Of a DNA stretch of 64,000 bases, positions 50,886 through 64,000 are shown in pieces. The DNA is from Chiloscyllium plagiosum. Taxonomy: Eukaryota. The notes beneath the pieces were generated by a model. The model saw only the letters and a program-made list of their open reading frames with translations. It ran no database searches and was not told the origin of the DNA. The position numbers and the translations under genes are program-made. Within the stretch, counting starts at the first letter, position 1; each line of letters opens with the position of its first letter. The DNA lies in the NCBI RefSeq assembly GCF_004010195.1, contig NC_057719.1, forward strand, positions 53,317,445 through 53,381,444, read 5' to 3'.

Positions 50886-51677
50886 CTAGATGCACAACAC
50901 TAATTACTAATTCAAAGAGAATACACTAAAAGAAACATATATAAAAAAATACTGAGGACTGGTTTTATACAAAGATGGTAATTAAGGCATGTTATTGTAT
51001 GAACAATGCAAATACAAAATATACTTTTCAAAGTGAACAAGGAAAGATCAAATGTAGGTCTGATCTGTGAACATTATTTTTCTGGACACCCGTACTACTT
51101 GACCTGCTGAATATTCCCAGCATCTTCTTTTTAATTCCCAGCATCTGTAGTATTTTAGTTTGTGTGTGATGTTGTCATCAATTTAACTTGATGAATCACG
51201 ACTGTTGGGACTCCTGTCACTGTAGAAACTTTAGCTTATGCATTTTAGGGTGGTGAATCTTGGCCAGTACTGCCACAGAGATTTTAATTGACTCTAGTAG
51301 CAAGTGCTTCTTCTTTAAATCTGAAAATACAGTACTGAACTAAACACAGAATATGCAGGGGTTACTCAGTATTGGTGAAGAGTGAAGCACAGTTAAGTTT
51401 TTAAGCTGATCCCCTTTCATGAGGAGTAGAAAAGATTAGCTTTATAACTGAGTTTAAGCAAGTATGGAGGCAGCGAGAGGGATGAAGTTAGAAAACAAAA
51501 CAGATAGGGTTAGGGTTGGAGGGTAGAACACATGAGAATTTAAAATTGCAAAAGATATCATGGCCCTTTGCAGAATATCTTATCTCTGTCTGTCTACATC
51601 AACCCAGAGCTTCCACTGGTCTGCAATTTAAATGTCCTGCATCAGCCCTTTGACCTCTTTACCATTGGCCACCACAC

Positions 51678-51886
51678 TGTGTGAAATGTATCAAGTGAAA
51701 TGTAGTACATAAAAGGTGAGAATATTGATGGATGTTTGGCTGATCACACATGAAGAGCCACTGAATGGCACAAGAGTTGAGTGAAGTCGGATGTATACCT
51801 GTGATATTTCATTTTGAGAATAAATCTATTCCCATTAAAGACTGTCCTTGTTTTTCCCTTTCACCAACATAGTGGCAGAGGATGGT
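51678..51886 (+). mobile_element. Gypsy-like 5' LTR remnant with a tRNA-iMet PBS
   Basis: AATAAA at ~51819; LTR ends CAACA at 51869; TAGTGGCAGAGGATGGT approximates TGGTAGCAGAGGATGGT. Confidence 0.65.
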
Positions 51887-52234
51887 AGCCTAAAGTTAAA
51901 GATTGAATTTAAGGAAAACATAGTTTGTGAGCAGAGGTTACAATCCCAGTGGCCTATCAGGAAAATGACAGAAAGCACATGTAAATGTGCTTACATCTGA
52001 TATATTCAGAGTTTGAACTACATGATCAGCAGAAGAATTGGATATGTGGAGATAAGTTACAGAGCTACCAAGAAGAAAACAGGTGAGTAGTGCAGGTGTC
52101 TTGAGAAATCCTGCTGGCCAGAATGGTTTTCCATTCTGGATACTGGAGATGGTGATGTTTTTCTAAGGCCCCTTCTTAGGTAGCCCTGCTGTATATGTGG
52201 GACAGAAGAAGAGTAGAAGGCTAGTATTGAAGGA

Positions 52235-52324
52235 ATTTTTACTGTCATCAACGTGAATCCAGAATGACATGTTACCTCCCTGTTGTTAAAGCCAAGTATT
52301 CAGTGAACAAGATCTTTTCGCTTC
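52235..52324 (-). pseudogene. LamG-like exon relic
   Basis: Acceptor ttctttttattag; GSEKILFTEYLALTTGR*HVI resembles NDGRWHxV. Confidence 0.4.
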
Positions 52325-52819
52325 CTAATAAAAAGAAGACAACAATGTTGCACTATTTTCATCTTTAAAGAGAGAACAGCCAACATTTGTGATCCAGATT
52401 TGTACAAACTAGATAATTAGTAAGGGGAAATGTGGTCCTGTAATCAGAATTTAAGGAGCTAAGTAGAAGATTAGCAAGAAGGACCTAACAGTAGTAACAT
52501 TTGGATTGCACTCAGTGCCACATGAAAGTAGGAAGATGAGGCAGATGAGTTCATGGCTGACAAGATGATGTAACAGAGAGGGCTTTATATTCTTGCACGC
52601 TGGAACTAGGTCAATGGAAAATAACACCAGTACAGGTTTGATGGATTGAATCTGAAAAGAAAAGCAAGGAGTACATTTATTGAGGGGCATTTTTCTTTGT
52701 TGATTGAAACTAAATTTGCACTGTTTAGAGAATTCAGAGAAAATCAGAGTATTACAAAGGTGCACAAAATGATTGGAGTCAACATTAGTGAGAAGGTAAT
52801 GCAGTCTAAATCAGGGTCA

Positions 52820-54850
52820 CACTAAATGCATATGAATGTTCAGTGTATTGTTACTAAGTTTGGGGATTTACAGCCACAGATTGCCATACTGTAATATGAT
52901 GTTGCTGTGATGATGGACTCCTGGCTCAAGGAAGTGCAGAACTAGACAGTAAATACTCCTGGTTACAAGGCATTCAAGAAAGTTAGGAAAGCTGAAAAAG
53001 AAGACGAGAAAGTTGTATTGCTTAGGCGAGTATGACAGTGCGAGAGAATTATGACAGTACAGAAGGTTCAAGGAAAGAATTAATTTGGCTTGAGTTCAAT
53101 TATTTTGCATTGAATATATAGATTACCAACCAGTGGGATGGATGTAGAGAAACAAACCTGCTAGGAAATTAGATAGAGTTGTAAACATCATAGAGTAACT
53201 GTAATGGGGGACTTTAATTACCAAAAAGTAGAATAGGATAGTGGAACTGTTAAGGACAGAGAAAAATAAATACTCCTAGATTATATTCAGGGGGATTTCT
53301 CACAGCAATTTGAGTCTGGTCCAACAAGAAAGACAGAACCTTTCCACCTGGTTCTTGGCAATGAGATGGGGCAAGTATATCAAACACCATTGGGCATTGA
53401 ATCATGAGTTTTAGCATGATAGTGGAGAATAATTATGGTCAATGCAAAGTAAGACTGATCAATTGGTAGAGAGCGGACTTCAACAGGACAAGAATAAAGT
53501 TGGACTAGACAGACTGGAACCTAATGTTATCTGAAACACTGTTAACCAAACAATGGGCTACCTTCAAAGAGGAGATGAATCAGATACACCCAAGATTTAG
53601 TCCCTCAAAATGGAAAGATAAGGCAAACAAATCCATAATTATCTGACAACAAAGGAAATAGAGAACAAGTTGACAAAGAAGATTGATGAAGGCAGAGCAG
53701 TAGACATTGACTATATGGACTTCAGCAAAGTCTTCAAAAAGGTTCCAGATGGTTAATAAGGTTAAATCACATGGGATTAAGGGAGAGCTAGCCAATTTGA
53801 TACAAAATTGGCTTGATGGTAGGAGACAGAGGGTGGTGGTAGCGGGTTGCTTTTTGGACTGGAGACCTGTGACCAGTGATGTGCCACAAGGATCAGTGCT
53901 AGGTCCACCGTTTTTTGTCATTTATATAAATGATTGTAAATGTAGGAGGTACAGTTAGTAATTTGTAGTTAACACTAAAATAGGTGGTGTTTAGATAGTG
54001 AAAAAAATCATATCAGAGTACAACAAAACCTTGGTCAGTTGGGCCATTGGGCCAGGGAGGGGCAGATAGAGTGCTATTTAGATAAATAGGAGATGTTGCA
54101 TTTTGAAAAGACAAACCAGGGCAGGATTGATACAGTTAATAGCAAGGTCCTGGAGAGTGTTGCTGAACAGAGAGACCTGGGGCTGAAGGTGCACAGTTCC
54201 TTGAACGTGGAGTCGCTTGTAGACAGAGTAGTGAAGCTTGCATTTGCATGTTTGCCTTCATTGGTCAGAAAATTTGAGTTATAGGAGTTAGGGTGTCATG
54301 TTATGGGCTGTACAATACATCAGTGAGACCACTTTTGGAATACTGTGTATAATTCTGGTCACTCTTCTATAGGAAGGATGCTTTTAAACTTGAGAGGGTG
54401 CAGAAAAGCTTTACAAGGGTGTTGCTGGGACAGGAGGGTTTGAGCTGAATAGGCTGGGGCTTTCTACTGGAGTGTCAGAGGCTGAGGGATGACTGATAGA
54501 GGTTTTTAAAATCACGAGGAGCAGAGATAGGATGAATAGCCAAGGTATTTTTTTTCCCCATGGTGTGGGAGTCCAAAATGAGAAGCCATATGTTTAAGGT
54601 GAAAGAGGAAAGATTTAGAAAGGACCTGAGGGGTAACTTTTTCATGCAGGGGATAGTGCGTGCATATAATGAGCTGTCAGAAGAAGTGGTGGAAGCTAGT
54701 ATAATCACAACCTTCAGGTGGATGCATGAGTAAGAAGGGCTGAGAGAGATATGAGCTGAATGCTGGCAAATGGGACTAGGACAGATTGGGGTGTCTTGTT
54801 GGCACAGATGAGTTGGACCGACAGATCTGTTTCCATGCTGTATGAACCAA
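52820..54850 (+). mobile_element. CR1 LINE endonuclease fragment and a separate RT/3' fragment
   Basis: VTVMGDFNY at ~53200; IQNWLDGRRQRVVV and VPQGSVLGP; CR1 tail at ~54820. Confidence 0.85.
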
Positions 54851-55796
54851 TGACTCGAGAAGTTAGTTATAGAAGAGTAAGTGTACTCATGATCATGTCA
54901 GTAGTAAATAGAATTGAGAACCAAGCTGGATAGAAAAGGCTCAGAAGGGAGGTGAAAAAGCAAGTAACAAATGCCAAAAGGGATTAAGAGAAAAGATTGG
55001 CAGTAAACATAACACAAAATCCCAAGGTATTCTGTAAATACATAAATAGAAAAAGGGTGATTAGATTGACAGTATGGTACAGCAACATGTCAACTGCCTT
55101 GACTGACCACTGCTGTCAGTTATAACTAGCTGTCTGGAACTGTGTCTCTGCTAAATAACAAGGCAAGGCAGAAGGACTGTGAGTTTCTGAGTTCTGGCTG
55201 AGAGGGAAAAGCACAAAAAGATAAAGGTCAGCAGAAATGCTTTGAGCATACAAGTCAGTGAAAAGTGAATGAGTACTAAGAGAGCAAGCAACAAGCCCAG
55301 AGAAACTTTCTGGTCCAGTGTAGGCATTAGGTGCCTGTCCCTGCATAGAAAGTGTCCTTGAAGCAAAAAGTGTCATTGTGCTCCAAAGTATGACACTGAA
55401 GTACAGAACCATGATAACAATAGATTGGATATAATCGTGATAATTCACTGAGGCTGGTGAGCGTTCATAACCAATGTCTGTGGCTGTGGTGGAGGGGGGT
55501 GAGGTTGTGGTCACTGCCCATGTGGCTTGCCCTGAGATGTTGGTGCACTGTTGTCCAAGATGCAGGTCCAGAGAAACACTTGTGGACAACATAAGGAGAT
55601 ATCGTGGTCTTCTCTGAGTCCTGACAGTCACTAAGTTTAGGTGGCTTTGTTGTTAAAGGTATGGCTGAAGGGGGCATGATAGTTTGATTTGCTGGGAAGA
55701 GGATACAACATATTGAATAGTAGACAATGACAAGAATACCTGTGCTGATTTTGGTTAGACGGTTGGTCTTCAAGTCACACAAAGTGGCATTAGAAA

Positions 55797-56998
55797 TGTT
55801 AGGTTTTACAAGGAGTCATAATTTTAATTGAATTTAATTTTAAGATATTATGGAGTTGGACGTCCATGCAATAACTAATTTGTATTTCATTCTTTAAAAC
55901 AAAGACCATGCAGTTCATATTTCCATGGGGAAGAGTTTTAGGAAGGGCTGGCCCACGGGAAACCACTGTAGGATTACAGTGCAGAGTTCTGCAACCTATC
56001 CCTGAACTCAACAGGCGCAGTCAGTCTACACAAATCTAAGAGACAAAGGAAAGAGGCAGTCAGTCTCTATTGTTCACTACACAGAATAGGATTGGGAGAT
56101 TGTGCTTGAATTGAAAAGACCAAGATGTGAGTATTTAAAATAATTTGGAAGATTTAACCATATCTGGCTTGAGGGAAGGATTTCCTGGGTGACCCTTAAT
56201 GGAAAGTCCATCCAGAGGACAGACTAAAGTTTGGCTGTGATGGGAACTTTCAATTATTCTGAAAGTTTAACTGAGCAACCTCTCTGCAGATTGAAATAGA
56301 AATTGCAAACTAAAAAATAGTCCTTGGTTAATATTTCTTACAACAGTAAAAATCATTGAAATCTTGTGTGATCGTTCCAATCAGTAACTGGAAATTGGAA
56401 TATCTTTTGAAAGGTGTCAATCTCTTTGGTGTGAGTAACAGAGGCTGAATACCTCTTTAGTTTCACAGCAAAAAACAGGATTGGAATGTCATGAACAGAT
56501 GAATGAACCTGGGGGCTTCATGCATGCCTCAAAATAGTATGATGTAATGAACTACCCAAAGTAAAAAAACAGGATGTTCAAAATGACACAAGATCCAATA
56601 TCCTGTTTTTGGAGGATATGATAATGATCAATCGGAACAAATTATACTCACCACAAAGGGGGGAGATGTGTGTGTGTGTGTATGTGTGTGCGTGTGTACT
56701 AATTCAAGTGGGTTGTTTTCATGTTTGTATCTCAATAGTATGAGGAACTCATTGGTTAATTATTTTTCCAGATTCACTAAGTAGTGAGAATCATTGTAAG
56801 GTAAATGCTTATGGAAGTTCTATGTTTAGATTTGGTGATGATAAACACACTGATGTCACTGAAGAGAGTTGTAATTTCGTTTAAGTAGTTGGATTGAGTT
56901 ACATTATCAGTCCTGATGTACTTTCTTGTGAGGTTCCCCTCTGTTGAATAAGCTTTCAGTGAAAAAGGCACAAGTGAAACTGGATTTTGGCCCTAATA
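55797..56998 (+). mobile_element. Possible long solo LTR or LTR-element relic with (TG)n at 56668-56697
   Basis: Ends tgttagg...cctaata form an imperfect inverted pair. No convincing TSD. Confidence 0.3.
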
Positions 56999-58176
56999 AG
57001 GCAATTATCTTGGGAAAACAGTGAATCTGCAGTTTGTTCAATCAGGACTTTAGTACATCCCCTCAACAGTACCTGATGTTTCACATCACCGCTGGAGAAA
57101 TATTAGTGACATAGGGTGATGAGAATGAGAGAGAAAATAAAAGCAAATTGTCTTAAAGTTACAAAGGTAATTTTAACACTCTTCTTTCCAAATTTTTAAT
57201 ATTAATAGTTAATTCTTCCTAAAAGACAAACCATGGTTGATTAAGAGTACAGGAGGATCACAAAATGCAAAGAGTACCATATGATGGTTGTTACCATGGA
57301 TCAAAATGTATTGGACAAGAATAGAAATAATTTCATTCTATGCTTATAGGCATAGATTTAGATTTAGTCAAATTTACAGTAATGCATAGCAAGGACAAAA
57401 CATCAAAATAGAAAGAGTCATGGATACATGACACTGGTTTTCGAGATCAACATTGGTCATTGGCTAAGTTCCTGACTGTAATGGAGGGAAATAATATAGA
57501 TAAAGAACATTTCTGTAATGGATCCTGTGAAAACAATCAGTGATCAGTGAAATGCTGCACAAAATATGAGCACATCGACAACGCTATAGGAGTTTACAGT
57601 TGCACTGACACGGATGGTTCTTGCAAATAAATTGTTTCAGATTATTGGAGGTAATAGCCTCTATTAGTTACTCTATGGAAGAAGTCCTAAATTGCCTCCT
57701 GTGCTGGGTGATAGTTCTCCTTTCTGAGAAGGTTAAAATTAGTTTATCTTCTTTCTTTACATTTGAATGCTTTCCATGGTGGAGAACTTTCAAGACTGAG
57801 CTGTTAGTAAGCAATTGAAGAGCTTTACTTTATTCTGTAAGACCATTCAAGATAGATTTCAACCAAGGAGATTTGAGATATTATAAGAAAATGACTATAA
57901 GGAGGAGAAAGATGCTGCTAAGATAAATAGTGATAATCAAGCAGTGGTTATTCAACTTGGTAATCAAGCAGTTTAATTTCTTAGGATTATTTGGGATTGC
58001 TTACAATTTCCAAGATTCCATGTAGCTAATAGAAGACAATAAAGCATGTTTTACTTCACAAGCTCATGTACTTTGCCGTTAAGCTACTAAGGAACTAATA
58101 GATCCCAGACAGGATGATGATAAGGAGAGTGACCATGATGTGCAGAAGAGGGCTATAAATTCAAAGGTCAACTGTA

Positions 58177-58472
58177 TTAGATTAGATTAGATTACTTACA
58201 GTGTGGAAACAGGCCCTTCGGCCCAACAAGTCCACACCGATCCTCCGAAGAGCAACCCACCCAGTCCCATTCCCCTACATCAAACACTACGGGCAATTTA
58301 GCATGGCCAGTTCACCTAAACTGCACATTTTTGGACTGTGGGAAGAAACTGGAGCACCCGGAGGAAACCCACACTGACAATGTACAAACTCCATGCAGAT
58401 AATCGCCTCAGGCGGGAAATGAACCTGAATCTCTGGCACTGTGAGGCAGCAGTTCTAACCACTGTGCCACCC
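58177..58472 (-). mobile_element. HE1/V-SINE-type SINE
   Basis: Same family as 14365; (TCTAA)n tail. Confidence 0.85.
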
Positions 58473-59469
58473 ACTGTCTTGAATAGGAACTTTAGTGATA
58501 TACATTCCAGAGAATTTATGCATTATTTTGGGCCTTGCAGGAAAAGCTACTTGCCAATCAAATGTTGGTTAAATGTTGATAATGATGATGATTAAAAAGT
58601 AAGATTCATGGCTTGGCAGAAAGGGGAAAAGAATGGGAAGTAAGAAAATACAATGTTCCATCTAACAGTGTGTCTACAAATAATTCTTGGATTCTAAAAC
58701 AAATTCCTCCTCGAGAATCTGTCCCAACTGTGTGTGTCTATGTATGTGAGAGCGAGGGAAATCTTACAGTCGTATTCTCAGAAGTGTAAGTAGACGCCAC
58801 AGCTTGAACAGACTATACAGTGAGGGCTACAGTACAACCTTAACATTAGGATGAGAATCAGAAGCCGTCATGACCATAAAGCTTTGGTAATGGGTAATAC
58901 TTTTGGGAATAAATGAATGAAAGAAGCAAAACAAAAGGGATATGATTATCAGAAGGAATTTGGGGTTTATTCTGAAGTACTAGATAGAAGACAGCCAATT
59001 TGTCGCATAGATTGCTTTATGTTGAAAAGATCTTTGTGGATGGTATTTATAAAGTTAAGGAGAGGTTTGTTGATTGAAGTTTTGAAAAGAGCTGAAAATG
59101 TGTTGCTATGTGGTACTGAGGGAATATATAGAAAGTAAATAAAACTGTTTATTGCCTGAATGATACTTTGAAGGTAGTTATTTTTAGTGAGAATTATTTT
59201 GCTGGAAAAGGCTGACTTTTGTGGGGGGATCAAATATTGTAGAACTGGAGGGTTATGTTAGTAATATGATTAAAGATGAAAATTAAATTGAGTCAGGTTT
59301 TTGGGGCCTTAAAATATATTGAATTCAATATCAAGCAGAATAGTTCTGGAATAACATTAAATCAGTAATCCTATTTAAAGAATGTTATTCTCATCCTGGC
59401 TAGATCATCACAAATAATAAGGACAGTTAGACAATTGTTTAGACAGTTCAGCTAGAAGTGCCAAGTGAA

Positions 59470-59955
59470 GCTCCTCTAGCAGTTCCCAGCATTACAGATA
59501 TCAAGAATCTTCAAGATATCAAGAAACAGTTGGAGGTACTGGATCTGTAAACGCTATGGACCCTGACAACATTCCAGCAATAATATTGAAGACTTGTGCT
59601 CCAGAGCATGTGCTCCCCTAGCCGAGCTGTTCTAGTACAGTTACAGCACTAGCATCTACCTGACAATGGAGAAAAGTGACCAGATATCTGTAAAAAAAAG
59701 TAAGACAAATCCAATCCAACCCAATCAATCAGTCTACACTCAATCATCAGTAAAGTGATGGAAGGTATTAACAACAGTGCTATCAAGCAGCACCTGCTCA
59801 GCAATAACCTGCTCTGTAACACCCAGTTTGGGAACCACCAGGGCTACTTAGCTCATGACCTTATTACAACCTTGGTTCAAACATGGACAAAAGAGCTGAA
59901 TTTCAGAGAGGGAGAGAGAATGGCAGCTGTGAGATAAAAGCCACATTCGACCATG
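59470..59955 (+). mobile_element. L2/CR1-clade LINE RT fragment
   Basis: AMDPDNIPAIILKTCAPE and QFGNHQGYLAHDLITTLVQTW. Confidence 0.75.
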
Positions 59956-60076
59956 TGAATTTCATAGTATGAATTAAAGTTGCAAGGTTTTTCTTATTTT
60001 GTGTGTTTTTTACATTCACAGCATTTAACCAGTTAAACACTCATTTAATTGGCGAGCATGTCTTTTCTACAATAAA

Positions 60077-60203
60077 GGAGAAAGTGAGGTCTGCAGATGC
60101 TGGAGATCAGGACTGAAAATGTGTTGCTGGAGAAGCGCAGCAGGTCAGGCAGCATCTAGGGAACAGGAGAATCGACGTTTCGGGCATAAGCCCTTCTTCA
60201 GGA
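60077..60203 (-). mobile_element. PLE tip truncated just 5' of its HHR core
   Basis: Same sequence as window positions 1-87; ends at cttcttcagg. Confidence 0.85.
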
Positions 60204-60609
60204 AAGCCTGTTCTGGAAATATTCAGTAGGTCTGCCAGCATTTGTGGACAAAAGTACAGAGTTAATGTTTTAGGTTAATACCTTTTCTTCATCTTTTTGA
60301 TCTTGGTGGAGAAAATTAAAGTAAGAGAGGCAAGAATGCACCTTCTACCTTATTACTCTGATATTGTTTGTTATAAACTTATTATATGGACATTTATTCT
60401 GTTTCCCTAGGGAAAAGCTGCGGAATCTGAGCATGATAAAAATGTAGCATCACATTTGATATCACATCTCTGACTTTTTTCCCTGTTTTGTGCACGCGGA
60501 TAAGAGTTCTAAGTGCAAGAGATTCAGCTTTTAGCAGTTATTGTGAAGCTGCGACAGTTATAGGCAGTGATCTAATTTCAGAAGAAGACACTACAAGAAT
60601 CAATAACAT

Positions 60610-61030
60610 GTACTGGTTGTGCAGACTTTATATCAGCAAATGTTGGTTTGAGATCCTAATGAATTGAAATATCATTTTTATTCCACACTCATAAATAATT
60701 TTTATATGGAAGCCCATCAACTATAGATGTTGATTAAATAAACCCTGCCATATTTTGCAGCATCAACATCTTCAGTAAATCCGAAACACTGCTTTTATCT
60801 CTCTTTCAATATATATTTGATAGCATTTATAAGATTGCAAGACGAGGAATGTGTCCGCAATTGAGGTTTGTGAATCCTGTTATTGGTATACTGACAAATT
60901 CTTTAAGTGTCCAAATCAGCACCACTGTTTATATCATTGTCATTAAGGACTTGGAATTTGGTGATTTATGGCTCCAAGCAGAATTCACGCCAATTTCAGG
61001 TCAGAGCTAATACTTGTTTGATTTTTTAGT
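60610..61030 (-). mobile_element. Possible old hAT transposase fossil
   Basis: NLINAIKYILKER*KQCFGFTEDVDAAKYGRVYLINIY, with multiple stops; weak resemblance only. Confidence 0.25.
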
Positions 61031-61227
61031 GTAGCAGTCATTTTGTTTCAGATTGCCAGAATCAAGCAGTCTTCAAAGCATAATGGCCTAAGCATCAAAT
61101 TATGAATGATATGACCAACCAATGTCCTGCTCAATAAAACAAAAACTCAACAAGGAATCCAAAATCACTTGCTTTAAGCAGTGAATAACATGATAATGAA
61201 AGACAAGTTGAATATATAAACTGTAAG

Positions 61228-61434
61228 GGGAGAAAGTGAGGACTGCAGATGCTGGAGATCAGAGCTGAAAATGTGTTGCTGGAAAAGCGCAGCAGGTCAG
61301 GCAGCATCCAAGGAGCAGGAGAATCGACGTTTTGGGCATGAGCCCTTCTTCAGGGCTCATGCCCGAAATGTCGATTCTCCTGCTCCTTGGATGCTGCCTG
61401 ACATGCTGCGCTTTTCCAGCAACACATTTTCAGC
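61228..61434. mobile_element. Fold-back mini-PLE
   Basis: 16-bp TSD atatataaactgtaag at 61212-61227 and 61435-61450; arms meet at ~61352. Confidence 0.9.
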
Positions 61435-63289
61435 ATATATAAACTGTAAGATCATACAAAATAATGCCAACCAGCTCATACAAAACAGTTTAACCATAAG
61501 AAATACAGAAAGTCAATTTACATAAAAACCTAAAAATTGCAATTAGTAGGTAAATCTGGAGAAGAAACCAAAGAAATTAATAATGATAATAGGTTTGAAA
61601 CCAGAAACAGACCATTTACTAGGTGTAGAGATCTATCTTTCAACTGTTGTTCATTTTGGGAGACTTTAAGAGATGTGAGCGGATGTGAAACATTTTGGGT
61701 TAGTGGAATTCCTGCCTGTCTTGAGTACATTAATGGGCCTTTTTTCTGTTAAGGCCTTATTACTGGTAAATCTCAAATGTGGATTGGAGGTTATTGGAGA
61801 TTGAAGATTGAGTTTGTGAGGAGGTAAAGGATGCTGGAAGATTGGAGGTAAAGGAAAAGTACCTGTTATGTAACCCTCACAAAAAAGGCATCTCTATAAT
61901 TAGAAGTTACCCTACTGGCAAAGTTTTTAAAGAAGGAAGCAACCTACAGGAACCTGGGGGCAATTGTGAACTGCTGTTGATAAGAACTGTGATCCATGGA
62001 GACTGTGATGTATGAAAAACAACAATGCACTGTGTATTTGTGTAGCATATGAGGTGCCTATCTATAAAAAAAAACGTATTTAATCAATAACATTTTTAAA
62101 AAAAACATTTGAAACAGTAAAAGTTTTTAAAATGAGAAAAGCCAATATGCCATTTTTTTCAACTAATAACTAGAAATTTGAATTTCCACTTAAAAGTCAT
62201 CAGTCTGTATGGACAGAGTAGCACTTCATAAAACTAATGTTTGAAATCTAGGTTTTTATTTTAAAGAAAACTGTATGAAGAATTAACTATTTAGATAGCC
62301 TTGCACTGAAAGTATCTTCTATTCTTAACTTTAATGCACAAAGCCCGACCAGATTCCCACAGTGGACTCCTCATAAGAAGGCTACTTCGTTGTATACCAT
62401 GTATACACTACAAATACAGACACCATACCTGCACGAAAGAGAACAAAAGTGCATCTAAATAGCTTGTTTTGGCTGAGTACTGAGTACTCAGTACTGATTA
62501 ATGCACATTTCATTTTGACAGGATGCTTATGTCTGTAACATACCTAAATGAGAAGGGCTAAGAGTGCACAGAAATGAATGATGCTGAAAACCTATATGAG
62601 AGACTTAAATTTCAATATTGGTTAGGGAAGAATGGGTATCCATCTGATTTTTTTCAGACATATTGAGAGCAGAAGTTTATTTTGTCTTACTTTTGGACCT
62701 GAACAGAATTTGCATTTCAGAAAACCAAAGCATTCAAGAGGGCATTGGTTGATAACTTAAATAACAACATGCAGATTGAAGGAAGAAGGAACGAGTTTGG
62801 CATTAAGTCAAAATACTCAGGAATCCCCTGTGTATACACTGAGCCAATTGGCCTCCTTCTGTACTGTGACTGAGGTAATTCTGTGATTCAGGTTTACCAG
62901 CTCATACTAAATTGACGTTAAGGTGTCTTTAGTATATTGATTATAACCAATGGATGTCAGTGACATCCAGAGGTAGCACAGTAGTCCCAAGAAGATAAAC
63001 AATGACTCACCGTGTCCCTGGCAGGGTCCTTCATGACTATGACTCACTGTGTCCCTCATGAGAGTACAGGGCTGATGTGAAAGGGCGAGAGAAGGTAGCT
63101 GAGGCTGAGTAGCAGCCCTATCTCCGATGGTCTATAGGTTTGTAAAATCATTACTGTGTAGATAGTACTCCACAATATTACTATGATTAAAAGCTTCACA
63201 AATAACTTCAAGTCAACAGAAAGTCCCACATATTTAAAATCTCATGTCTTATATATCCAAAGTGGATATATGTGAGAATCAAAGAACAA

Positions 63290-64000
63290 CAGAGGAACAT
63301 AGGAATTACAAGCAAGAGTAGGCAATTCAGCCCTTCAAACCCACTCCGCCATTTACCTGTAACATGATCATGGCTGATCTTATCCTGATCTTAACTCCAC
63401 TTTCCTGCCTAATCCCCCGATAGCCCTGTATCCCACTTTTCATCAGAAACGTATCTAATTATTTCTTGAATCTATTGATTGATTCTGCCTTCACTGCATT
63501 CTGGTGAGTTCAATAAATTTACAAATCCCTGAGAGAGGTAGTTTCTTCTCATCTCTTGCTTGAGACTGTCCCATGAGAGGGAACATCTGTTCAATATTTA
63601 CCTTATCAATCCCCTTTAGCATTTTATAAGCTCAATTAGATCCCCCTCCATTCTTCTGAACTCCAGCGAGTACAATTCCAAGCTATTCAACCGTTTCTCA
63701 TACAATACACCTCGAATCCCTGGAATCAACCTGGTGAACCTCCTCTGAACTGCCTCCAGTGCCACATCTTTCCTCAAGTAAGGAAACCAAAACTGGACCC
63801 AATACTCCAGTGGTCTCACCCGTGCTTTATATAATTGTAACAACACTTGTTTACTTTTAGAATCCAGTCCTTTTGCAATAAATGCCAGGATTCCATTTGC
63901 CTTTCTTATTATATGCTGCACCTACTTACTCACATTCTGTGATTCATGCACAAAGACATTCAGATCCCTCTGCACTTTGAATCTGCTTCCCATTTAAATA
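63290..64000 (-). mobile_element. CR1 LINE 3' end
   Basis: IIRKANGILAFIAKG...LYKARVRPLEYWVQFW...VQRRFTRLIPG (63616-63921 -). Confidence 0.9.

Noticed and set aside
56655..56670. Polypurine tract aaaggggggaga followed by TG as the start of a 3' LTR
   Set aside because: No matching 5' LTR or coding remnant was found, and the TG begins a microsatellite.
1..64000. CRISPR-like array or prokaryotic system suggested by the recurring palindromic repeat
   Set aside because: Copies are dispersed kilobases apart, have TSDs and belong to Penelope pLTRs. There is no regular repeat-spacer structure and no cas genes; the DNA is vertebrate.

Overview
Repeat-dense, AT-rich vertebrate genomic DNA. The HE1/V-SINE, SacSINE1-like, CR1 and Penelope repeat content points to a cartilaginous fish, probably a shark (inference). 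No intact cellular gene or intact autonomous transposon ORF is present, and most ORF-track entries are repeat-derived or spurious. Main contents: (1) a 3.95-kb endogenous retrovirus at 886-4834, with two LTRs, a 5-bp TGATG target-site duplication, a PBS, almost all of gag-pol deleted and a disrupted gamma-type env; (2) many Penelope-like elements (PLEs) of at least four families, each carrying a minimal hammerhead-ribozyme (HHR) motif, including fold-back mini-insertions and a 660-nt unit bracketed by two HHRs; (3) CR1/L2 LINE fragments, tRNA-derived SINEs, solo LTRs, Gypsy and Harbinger fossils, and two long inverted-repeat elements; (4) between the repeats, a series of minus-strand exon-like relics with splice signals, stops and frameshifts. 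These translate to laminin-G-like and FN3-like pieces and suggest a heavily decayed usherin/laminin-like gene spanning most of the window. All calls were made by eye from the sequence, and coordinates of old elements are approximate.
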